Of a DNA stretch of 64,000 nt, positions 52,721 to 64,000 are shown one piece after another. Origin of the DNA: the human T2T-CHM13v2.0 reference genome, Homo sapiens. How positions within the stretch are numbered: position 1 is the first letter of the stretch; each line of letters starts with the position of its first letter. The notes beneath the pieces were generated by a model that was not told the origin of the DNA, did not search any database, and worked only from the letters and a program-made list of their open reading frames with translations. The translations under genes were made by a program, and so were the position numbers. The stretch lies in the NCBI RefSeq assembly GCF_009914755.1, contig NC_060941.1, one strand, 5' to 3'.

Positions 52721-53336
52721 TAGTATGTTTTTTAAGCTGTGCAACAAATTCCTGTGAATTTAGCAGCTTAAAACAGCACCCATTTATTAGCTCACAGCTC
52801 TACAGGTCAGAAGCCAGGTGAGTTTGCTACACAGCATCTCACAGGCCAAAGTCAAGGTTTTGGCCGTCTAGAGTCTCATCTGGGAGGGTCTGGGGGAGAA
52901 TCTGCTTCCAAGCTCATTTTGTTGGCAGAATTCAGTTTCAAGTGGTCGTAGGACTGAAAACCCTTTTTCCTTGTTGGCTGTGGGTGTGGGGTTGTTCTCT
53001 TCTCTTAGAGACCACTCTCCCTGGGGACCTCCAGACTCAATGCCTGCCAAGTTGCTTGGAATTTTCTCATGCTTTGATTCTCTCTGCCTGCAGCCAGAGA
53101 AAACACTTTACTCTTCAAGGGTTCCTGTGATTAGATTAGGTTCACCTGGCTAGCATGCCTTTTGATTAATTCATAATCAAACAAATTAATAATTTTAATC
53201 ATATCTGCAAAATCCTTTATGCCAGGCAGCATAATGTGATCTCAGGCATGATATCTCATGATGTTCACAGTCCCAGGAATCAGGGTGGGCCACCTTGGCG
53301 GGGAGAGAGGTGTATCCTAAGATTCTGCTTTCCACA
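52721..53336 (-). mobile_element. MLT1E-like MaLR LTR
   Basis: 'ttagcagcttaaaacagcacccatttattagctcacag...gttggcagaattcagtttc...agattctgctttccaca'. Confidence 0.8.
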
Positions 53337-53510
53337 GGGAACATGACCAAGACCTGTCATGATGGCATGATATTAAATCATTTATTTTATTAATTTCCTT
53401 CTAGCACAAAGAGTTCAGCAGCTTAGTGACAGGATGTGGGCCATGGTGTCAGTCTACTTGGGCTTAAAACCTAGCTTCTCAACTATGACTGTGTGACCTT
53501 GGGCAAAGTA

Positions 53511-54964
<1,454 letters not shown>

Positions 54965-55437
54965 TGTTTCTTCTATTAAATGGATTCCAATATGATTATT
55001 GTGAGGACTTAATGAGACTGTGCACGTAAGCTATTCAGAATGAAATTAGCACTAGTGAATGCTGGCTATCATTGCTATCCTAATTAAACTGCCTGCTTCA
55101 AAACTGAATTTTGGGTTAATTACAAATAGCAGTAAGGGTTAAATTGTGCTCCAAGTCCCAAGTAAACAGCCTAAAATCTTTATACAATGGCTCACTCTAG
55201 TATAAGCTTGTGGAAACAGCTTCTTTAGAGAGACCCATGTACTGTGCAAGCAAAAGAATACAGATGCTAAATATAGGGCCTACATCAACACTTGCCCAAA
55301 CTGGGTGTTGATAAGGAATATTGCTGATTTGGAAAAATAGGCCTTTTAAGAGCAATGTAACTATTTTCAGCCCTGTGATTGACTAACATCAGGATAAGTT
55401 CAGAGGAAACTCACCCAGCTGCTTGTTGAATGCTTTA

Positions 55438-55746
55438 CTTTTTTTTTTTTTTCTGATACGTGGTCTTATTCAGGGTCTCAGGCTAAAGGGAAGTGTTGGA
55501 ATCATAGCTCAGTGCAACCTTGAACTCCTAGGCTCAATCAATCCTCCTACCTCAGCCTCTCAAGTATCTGGAACTACAGGTGCATGCCGCCACACCCAGC
55601 TAATTTTTGCGTCTTTTTGTTGTTGTTGTTGAGATGGGATCTTGCTATTTTGCTCAGGCTGGTCTTGAACTCCTGGCCTCAAGCAATCTTCCCGCCTCAG
55701 CCTCCCAAAGTGCTGGGACTACAGGCAAGAGCCATCACATCTGGTC
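55438..55746 (-). mobile_element. AluJ (diverged)
   Basis: TSD tgaatgcttta at 55427-55437 and 55747-55757. Confidence 0.88.
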
Positions 55747-56054
55747 TGAATGCTTTAATTTGGATGAGGTGTCCTAGAGAGCTAGCGAAGCTATACAGAA
55801 AGAAGCCAGGCTTTATGTCTGGGGGAAGTGCTTATGCCCTGAGCGCAAAGCATGTTGAGTTCCTTGTGAAAGCCAGGGGAGGTCACTGGGTTGGGCAGGC
55901 ATTGAAAGATGGTCTGTGACTCACAGGAGTGTCCACGATGGAAGCAGAAATCCAAAATGCAGGATCTGTGCAATGTCTGACTTAGTTAAGTCAACAAATT
56001 CCCAGAGAAATAAGAAGTCCTTGGACCAGAGTGGCCTAACTGAGCCCTAGGATT

Positions 56055-56295
56055 TTAGTCTGATGTAAAGAACGTGGGCTCTTTGGAATCAGAGATGCCT
56101 AGTGGAAATCCCAACCCTGCTGTTTATTGGTTATATGACCTTGAACGATTTTACCTTATTTCCCCAGGCCTCAGTTTTCTTGCCTGTAAAGTGGCCATAA
56201 TAATAGTTTACTTGTAAGGTTGTTGTTAGCACTAAATTAAAGAGAATTTATGGACAGGTCCTGGCACATGTTAAGTGCCCAACAAATGACAGGTC
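56055..56295 (+). mobile_element. MIR
   Basis: 'ggctctttggaatcagag...ggcctcagttttcttgcctgtaaagtgg...cctggcacatgttaagtgcccaacaaatg'. Confidence 0.8.
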
Positions 56296-56699
56296 CACAT
56301 TTGTCCCTTCTCTACAGCTGCTATGAGCTACGTTTCCACAGGGCATAGCTCTTCCCACACCAGCCAGAGGCCAGGATGTGGTTGTCTGATGAGAGAGAGA
56401 TGTAAAATGACCTGACCTATTACTGGTACCTTATTGTCCTGTGCTCTACAATGGTTAGTTACCATTCTCTCATGTTTTCATTTCTCAGTATCTTCTGCCT
56501 GCCTCTGCCCACCCCAAATAGTCCTAGAGATGAAATTTGAATTAAAGTCTACCAGACTTTGGTTCAGATTCCAAACAATAGTCCCAAAGTGCTTTAGAAC
56601 AGTTGGAATTGCTTTTATGCAAAGGAACTCTAACCCAAGGGTAGTATGTTTGGTAGTAAATCTTTACTGATGGTTTAGGATAATGGAAGAGGAACAACA

Positions 56700-57393
56700 G
56701 AAAAAAAAAGTTCAACATCACTAATCATCAGAGAAATGCAAATCAAAACCACAAAAATGCTGGCGAGGTTGCAGAGAAAAGAGAATGTTTATACACTGCT
56801 GGTGGAAATGTAAATTAATTCAGCCATTGTGGAAAGCTGTGTGGCAATTTCTCAAATTTAAATCTTAAAACAGAACTATGATTTGACCCAGCAATCCCAT
56901 TATTGGGTGTATACCCAAAGGAATATAAATCATTCTACCGTAAAGACACATGCATATGTGTGTTTATTGCAGCAATATTCACAATAGTGAAGATAAAGAA
57001 CCAACTTAAATGTCTATCAACAGTAAGCTGGATGAAGAAAATGTGGTACATATACACCATGGAATACTACGCAGTCACTAACAAGAATGATATCATGTCC
57101 TTTGCAGCAACATACATGGAGCCAGAGGCCATTATCCTAAGTGAATTAAGAGAGGAGCAGAAAACCAAATATCACATATACTCGATTATAAGTGGGAGCT
57201 AAACATTGAGTACAGACGGATACATGTGTACTTGAGGGTGGAGGGTAGGAGGAGGGTGAACATCAAAAAACTATCAGGTACTATGCTTATTACCTGAGTG
57301 ACAGAATAATCTGCACACCAAACTCCTATGACATGCAATTTACCTATATAACAAACCTGCACATGTACCCTTGAACCTAAAATAAAAGTTAAA
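56700..57393 (+). mobile_element. L1PA15/16-like 3' fragment with internal deletions
   Basis: ORF2 end ('KMWYIYTMEYY...SIISGS') and a 3'UTR ending 'gaacctaaaataaaagttaaa'. Confidence 0.88.
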
Positions 57394-58033
57394 GGGACAA
57401 TATAGGCAATAACTTAAAAATGAAGATTTTGAAGATTGTATGGCTAAGATAACCCAGGTATCCCTGCCCACCAAGGATCATTTACTGCTGGTTATTCCCC
57501 AGGTTTGCCCTGCCTTAGATTCCAACTTGCCTTCCTCTTACTGGACGTGTCTCTGTAGTCCACACCATCCTCCCTTCTCTCTTTCCTGCCACCAGTTTGT
57601 AACCTCCAAAATGCTTGTTTCTTTCTTACTTGAGAATTTTTATTCTTCAAACTCCAGGCCCACTGAAAGTTTGTTCTAGGCTTATCTGCACATCTTCAAA
57701 AATGCATCAGTGGTCTGTTAGGGTGGAGTTTGTGCACAGTCTCTCTCCGCAGTCTAAGCAGAGTCCTTAGGTGAAACACAGTCAGTTCATATCACTCTTC
57801 TGCTCAGAACCTTCCAGCGAGTTCTGTGAAAGTCCTTTCCAGCCTACATGATCTTCACAGCTACACTCTGTCAGCCTCGTCTTTTCATCCAGGCACACTG
57901 GCTTTCTTGCCCCTCCTTTATCAGGCAAGGTATGCTGGTTCAGAGCCTTAGCACTTGCTGTTTTCTTGGCCTGAAGTGCTGCTCCCCCAGATTTCCTATC
58001 TTTATCATATTATTTGGGTAATATTATTTCTCA

Positions 58034-58470
58034 TATTCGGGGGACTCAATGGTAGCCCTCCAAAAATATATCCATGGTCTGATCTCCAAAATCTGTGAAT
58101 GTTATCTTCTATAGAAAAGATAAGATTTAGTTAAGGATCTTGAAAAGGGGAGCTTATCCTGGATTCTTGGGTGGGCTCTAAATGCCATCACAATATCTTT
58201 ATAAGAGAGAAGCAGAAGGAGATTGGAGGAGGCAATATAACCATAGAGGCAGAGGTGGGAGTGATGCAATCACAAGTCAAAGAATTGCTGACAGCTGCCA
58301 GAAGCTGGAAAAGAATGGATTCACCCCTAGAGCCTAGAGAAGGAGGATGGCCCTACTGAAGTCCTGATTTCAGACTTCTGGTCTCCAGAACTGTGTGAGA
58401 ATGAATTTCCATTGTTTCAAGACACATAGTTTATGGTAATCTGTTACAGCAGTCATAAGAAACTAATGTA
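58034..58470 (+). mobile_element. MLT1C/D MaLR LTR
   Basis: 'ctgtgaatgttatc...cttatcctggatt...cagacttctggtctccagaactg...aagaaactaatgta'. Confidence 0.82.
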
Positions 58471-58546
58471 GTCTCTATTTACATTTGTTCATATTTCATC
58501 TCAGGGAGATGTCTTTTGACACTTTCATACAAAAATAGCCCCTGCT

Positions 58547-58596
58547 ACACACATACACACAAACACACACACACACACACACACGCGCGCGCACAT
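58547..58596. repeat. (AC)n(GC)4 alternating purine-pyrimidine tract
   Basis: Read directly from the sequence. Confidence 0.9.
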
Positions 58597-61054
58597 ACTC
58601 TATCCCCATTCCACCAGCCAGATTTACTGTTCTTCATAGCATTCATCACTCTCTGACACGTGATATACTTATGAGTTCATTTATGTATTATCTATCTCCT
58701 ACTCTATCACGTAAGCTCCATAAGGGCAGGCCCTTTGTTTTATTAACTGATATATCTCCAGAACCTAGAAAAGCACTTGGATCAAAGTGAAAGCTCTCTA
58801 ATTACTTATTGAGTAAATGAATGAAAGCCTTCCCCTTTAACTGCATAAAGAACCTTAGAAACTTTGAAATTATAATTTATATTTGAAGACCTCACTGCAA
58901 CCCAAACCTCACCTTCAAATGTATGACCAGAAAAGTAGCAATAAATACATTTATTCTACTGCTGCCGAGAGTAAATCTCTAGAAGTCAGAGGGGTGTGTG
59001 TGTGCGTGTGTGCATGTGTGTGTGTGTGTTGGGTGCTAGATAAAAGGAAGAGAAGGACACAATGTCTTTGCGGTTACATCTGCCAAGCTCAGATGCCCTG
59101 AGGTTAAGAGAAAAGTGAGCTGCATCTTTCCAGCCCGTCCACACCTGCCAAGTTGTTCTTTACTATTTTATTATTTGCCCAGCAGGTTTAGAACAGGAGC
59201 TGTAATGGAGGGATAGTCTTACTTTGTCACAACTCAGAAGTGACATGCTATTTTTCTGTGCACCAATTTTCTACCCCAGGAGGCTTTATGAGCAATGGAT
59301 TAAGGGGAGAGAAAGTGGTTCCTATTTAAGTACTGAATCTTGTTAGTCAAACAGGGCAGAACTGAGGCTTTCACTCTGAAGAACACAGAAAAGGATTGAT
59401 GGATCAGATCACAAGTTACTTCGATGCTTAATTTTCTGGCTTTATTCCTTCACTGATGTTTCATGTAACATATCTGAAAAATCTCAGGTGAATAGAATGC
59501 TGATTTTAGACTGGGAGGAGTTGGTACTATCTTAGAATTCCAAGCTTTCCTCCTTCCTCTCCTTCTCATTCCACTCTAACTCATCATGCTTCCACCATTC
59601 TTCCAAGGGTGTTCAACACCTTTAGATTCTTCTAAGGATGTTCAACACGTGTAGATTAAGTGCTTACTAGATTTCTGCCACCAGATGTTGTACTCTGGGG
59701 ACATAAAGGTTGATTAAACCCAGTCCTTATTTGCCAGATGGGTCTTGGTATCCTGGAGAAGCCAGAAATTTAGACATTGGAGCACAGCCTTAAAGAACGA
59801 GTAGAAATTCTCCAGGCAGAATCTAAGGAGAAGGAGGTTCCTGGTAGAGAACCAACAAGATTAAAGAAAGTCTGTTCTTCATTAGAGAGACAGAAGATAA
59901 TTCTGCATGGCCGGAGGGTAGGGTAATGATGGAGGTGGAAACTGTTGCTTGAGAGGCAACAAAAGCCAAGTCATGAGGCATTCCACCGTGCTCAAGTACT
60001 GGGACTCTAGCCAATGGGTAACTTTACAGAAGGACATTCACTGGAGAGTGACTCAGTCACTTCACCCTTCTGGTTGTACATGGAAGATAGATGAGAGAAA
60101 TGAGCAGAAGAGGGAGACTGGTTTGGTGGCTATGCCAATTTCAGAAGGAAGAGACGAAACTCTAACAAAGAAAGCGGCAACAAACACAGAAAAGATGGAG
60201 CAAATTAGATGCAAGTGAACCCCACAGGCACTAATAATTTGATCAAAATAATTATTCTCTCCAATATTCAAGCCACAATTCTGCTGCAAAATGGCAGTGA
60301 AGGCAGGACCAGAAACCAGAAAGAACTTGTGCACTCTCAAGTATTCTGTATCTGTCCCATCTTCTCTGCAAGGAAGTTGTTATACAAGTAACGGATGAAT
60401 CAGATATGGAAAATGAGATTGTGGAAGGAGCCTGCTGGAGCTCCTAGGATTTTAAGGTTAGATGTCTGTGCCATTCAACTTTTCTGATGATTGTTGTAGG
60501 TGATGAAATGGAGCCAGTGAGCATAACCTATGGATCCCTGTTGTGTTTGGAGACAATATTTTCCTTCAGATTGTGGACAGATCAATGTATTACACATGAA
60601 AAATGTAGCAGAGATGTTTTAGTGTAGTCATCAAAGCTACCCTGACATGCATCTAGTGAACCACATGATGATTATTTTATGACGTATTAATTAAGTAGCA
60701 ATAGTAAACAGTTGCTATAATGATAGCTCTTGGCCTTCTATTTCTAAAGTTAATTCCAGTGTTTTTGCAATCCCCTAGTGAGAGAGGAGATCAGAGGAGG
60801 CAGTAGGGTAACAGAGACTTAGTAGTCTTCAGATACCCCTTCCCTTCTCCAAGCCAAGCTTTCCAGCTGAAGCCTTAGACCTGAGCATCCTCAGGGGCAT
60901 CTTAAAGAAAAAGTCTATTCTGTCCCAATTCCCAAATTTAGGATGTAGTGAATTTGTCCTTTGGGGTTCCCCCAAACTTCACCTGTAGTTTGGATCCTAT
61001 CTAGGTTTTCCTGGATTAAGAACACAGAACTCTTTAGAGAGGGTTCTGTACCAT

Positions 61055-61410
61055 TGTTATTATGGGCTGACTGTGTCCTCCTGAAATTCACATGTTGAAA
61101 TTCTAACCTTCAATGTGATGGTATTTGGAGGTAGGGCCTTTGGGACGTAATCAGATTAGGTCATGAGAGTGGAGGAGGAGACATTGGGATCCACCTGCAC
61201 CCCCACTTTCTGCCGTACGTGGATACAATGAGACAATGGCCCTCTACAATCCAGGAAGTGAACAGTAGGCTCTCACAAGACCCTAGATCTTCCAGAGTCT
61301 TGATTTTAGACTCTTCAGCCTGCAGAGCTATGAGAAATAAATGTCTATTAACACTGGTTAATCCACCAGTGTATGGTATTCTGTTACAGCAACCTGAAAT
61401 GACAAAGACA
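61055..61410 (+). mobile_element. MLT1A-like MaLR LTR
   Basis: 'aaattcacatgttgaaattctaacc...gagaaataaatgtc...tatggtattctgttacagc...aagaca'. Confidence 0.85.
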
Positions 61411-61672
61411 ATTGTCTTCTTACAATTCTTTCCTCCCCACTTCTTCTTTACCATATAGGAAACAAATCAATGTCACAGATGAATCTTTCCATTCTCTTCT
61501 CCTCAAGCTAAATCACATACTGCCAAACTTCCCTCCTCATTAACCTACACTTTAACCAATTATTTATTCATTTGTGTCAAAAGCCATGATTGTTAGGTCC
61601 CCTAGGATTACTAGGATTAGGGACTTCTCAGCAACTCATACTTTAATGAAGTATTTCTTAGCATGTTATATG

Positions 61673-62100
61673 ATAGTACTACTCAAAGTGTGCTCTGTGC
61701 ACCAGTGCCAGTCCTCAAGAGTAAGTACTTAGAAACTTTTTAAGCAACCTGTCACTGGCACAACCTCCAAGACATCATCAGTAGATAATTTTTGTAGAAT
61801 GGGACATAGACCAGTTTGGATCTAGTCAAATTTGTGTGGTTAAGTTCCATGAATGAGCTGAGGGACCGGGTATTGGCAGCAAATTGAGATGCAAAAATAA
61901 AACTGATCATTCAGAAATAGTTTGAGAAGCACATGTTGACCAGTCTCTTGCATCAGAATACCTGAAGCTCTTATTTAAAATGCAGATTCTGGGCCTCATC
62001 CTACTACCTAATGAATCAGAGTCTCTGGAGGTAGGGCTATAAGATCTGTGTTTCAAACAAGCAACTGAGATGCTCCCTCACAGTAATGTTTGAGAAGCAA
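61673..62100. mobile_element. hAT-Charlie remnants including MER5A-like (61940-62100)
   Basis: 'tactcaaagtgtg...tttgagaagcac' and 'gcatcagaatacctg...aaaatgcagattctgggcc...gaatcagagtctctgg'. Confidence 0.65.
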
Positions 62101-62699
62101 TTAGTTATGTCGATTTGAACATAGTTTTCAAAGATTCCATTCCTGTTTCAGCCATTTAAAATGATTGTCCTTAAGGGCAGAGATTGCATTTATCACCAAG
62201 AAGTACCCCTGGAAACCCACCTCCAACGCTTGGGAAATGTTTCAAACTCCATATACTAGTGAAGCCACATCCTATGTGTGTACAAAAAAGAACTCATTGT
62301 AAAGAGTTTTTACATATTAACAGACAGTAATGCATCGCCCCCTGCCCTGCAGTCAAAATCTGGAGATACTCCTTCTTTTAACATCATTTTATCTGGAGCC
62401 ATTCAGTGAAGGGGCAAACAATGCCTCTTTTACTATACGGTCAATTATAAATACTTGTATAATTGTCTATACTAGACTATACTAGTCTATACTAGACTAC
62501 ATCATAGTACTTAAGATTCAAGGTGACATTTGTCATAAATATAAAGGCTAATTATGTTCCCTACATTCTGTTTAATAAATTACATTTTACAGCAATATTA
62601 CATAAATGGTTAAATGGTTAAATTCTTGAATTTGTAAATGGTATTAATCTGGAGTTCATGAATAGGGAACATCTCATTCCCTGACAGTGTCATATGAAG

Positions 62700-62867
62700 C
62701 AGTGGCTCTCAAACAGGGACAAGCATTAGAATCCACTGGGGGAGATCCTGAAAAATGCCCAAGCCCTTCCTAGCCTTTTTTTTTTTTCAGGAAATAGAGT
62801 CACAGGAATCTGTATTGTCAAGTTCTCCACATGACTGAGGTGTGCATGCAGATTTTGGAAATCACTG
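62700..62867. mobile_element. MER5-like hAT element
   Basis: Inverted ends 'cagtggctctcaaac' and 'ttttggaaatcactg'. Confidence 0.6.
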
Positions 62868-62896
62868 AATTAATAACACTATTCCTATAACATCAT

Positions 62897-63023
62897 CATT
62901 TTTATTAGAGGCAGGATCTTACTCTGTTACCCAGGCTGGCCTCAAACTCCCTTGCTCAAGCGATCCTCCTGCCTTGACCTCTCAAAGCACTGGGATTAAA
63001 GGCATGAGCCACTGTGCCCAGCC
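62897..63023 (-). mobile_element. FLAM / free Alu monomer
   Basis: Single Alu arm of about 125 bp ending 'gagccactgtgcccagcc'. Confidence 0.85.
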
Positions 63024-63784
63024 TATCGCTAAAATATTGTAACCCAAATATTGAAGTTCTAATGAGAGAATTGTGTCTGGTGGGGGAATCAAAGCTCTGA
63101 GAAACATGGATGTTTGATAATTAAATATTACATAAATAGTATGCAGCAAAATATGTAAATGAGCATCTGCTGTTTGGTAGTTAACACAGCGGGACATTTA
63201 ATAGGGCTGCTACCTCTATGATCCTGGGGACTGTGTGCATCTGGATATCTACAAAATGAGCAAAAATGCTGACTGCAGTCGCCTTTGAAAAGTCAATCAG
63301 CACTGAAGGAGAGAGTGAGGCAATTCAGGTAATGAGCGACATGAAAAGGAATCTCATTCTGCCATGCTATGTATCCTGCCTAGAATTGTACACCCTGAGT
63401 TCTGCAGGCTGCATCCCTGGAAAGAACAAGAGGAGCAGAGCTGAGCAGGATCAAAGGCGCAGGATGGAAGGCACAGATGCCATTAATGGCAGCCTCTGGT
63501 TATCAAGTCTGGAAAAGGCCAAAGCCAAAGGCACTGCAGGAAAGTGGAACACAGCAGCTTCTTCTAGAGAACATCTGCTGGAGGAGGACCGGAGAGCAGC
63601 ATGTATCATGGGGGAGTTTGAGCAATGGCTTCTCCTTGCCAGCAATAGCCCAGGGGCTTGCAGAGGGTTGGGCGACAGTGCTCCACCGAGTCCCATTGGG
63701 TGTGTGGTTCTTCCATGAGGTAAAAGTGATTTCTTTTCCTGAACTGCCCAGCAGATGTAGGATCTGCTGAAAAGAGAATTCAGT

Positions 63785-64000
63785 TTCATTCAACCAGCAT
63801 AATCAAGACTGTGTCTCAGGCTGATGATAAGGAAATGAAATAAACAGATCTTGCTCCCAGAGTTCCCAGTCTGTAGGGGAAAGCAGACATAAACAGCTGC
63901 CTCAAATAAAACAAAAAGTGTTGGTAGAGGGTTATGTACAGAGTTGCAGGGCCCATCCAGGAAGCAGCAGTTCATTCTGCCTGGGGCCTTGGGGAAATTG
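63785..64000 (-). mobile_element. L2 3' fragment
   Basis: 'ttcattcaaccagcat...aaataaacagatcttgctccc...ccagtctgtaggggaaagcagaca'. Confidence 0.6.

Larger units (their letters stand above)
57775..58825 (+). mobile_element. L2 fragment split by an MLT1D-like LTR
   Basis: 'catatcactcttctgctcagaaccttccag' through 'gtaagctccataagggcagg...ttattgagtaaatgaatgaa'. Confidence 0.7.

Noticed and set aside
63266-63793. Overlapping 150, 112, 97 and 96-aa ORFs and a 14-bp palindrome (63478-63491)
   Set aside because: No recognisable domain or convincing splice context; a GC-richer patch gives open frames by chance, and one such palindrome in 64 kb is unremarkable

Overview
This is mammalian, almost certainly human, genomic DNA; an AluYa5 with all five diagnostic positions and an L1PA2-type LINE fix the lineage. 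It is dominated by interspersed repeats: L1, Alu, L2, MIR, MaLR/ERV LTRs, and Tigger and hAT DNA transposons. I found no host protein-coding gene I can name, and no RNA gene, CRISPR array or CpG island. All long ORFs derive from L1 or Alu, or are chance ORFs. I cannot support a wholly new biological system here. The most interesting items are: (1) a repeat-free, CpG-enriched element at about 6.15-7.2 kb with a (CAG)2CAA(CAG)5 tract inside a splice-site-bounded 87-nt candidate exon, followed by a second 54-nt candidate exon; (2) a 5'-inverted (twin-primed) L1PA2 whose flipped part is an uninterrupted RT-only ORF (ORF2p about 429-897), closed by a stop codon from the target-site duplication (TSD); (3) three inverted L1s of different ages within 7.5 kb; (4) a complete Tigger1 stretched from about 2.4 kb to 11.6 kb by nested insertions, including a full-length L1; (5) an old ~60-bp copy of unique DNA from 34.5 kb inserted into an L1 remnant at 32.6 kb. 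Subfamily names come from my recall of consensus diagnostics, not from a database search. Boundaries of old repeats are approximate.
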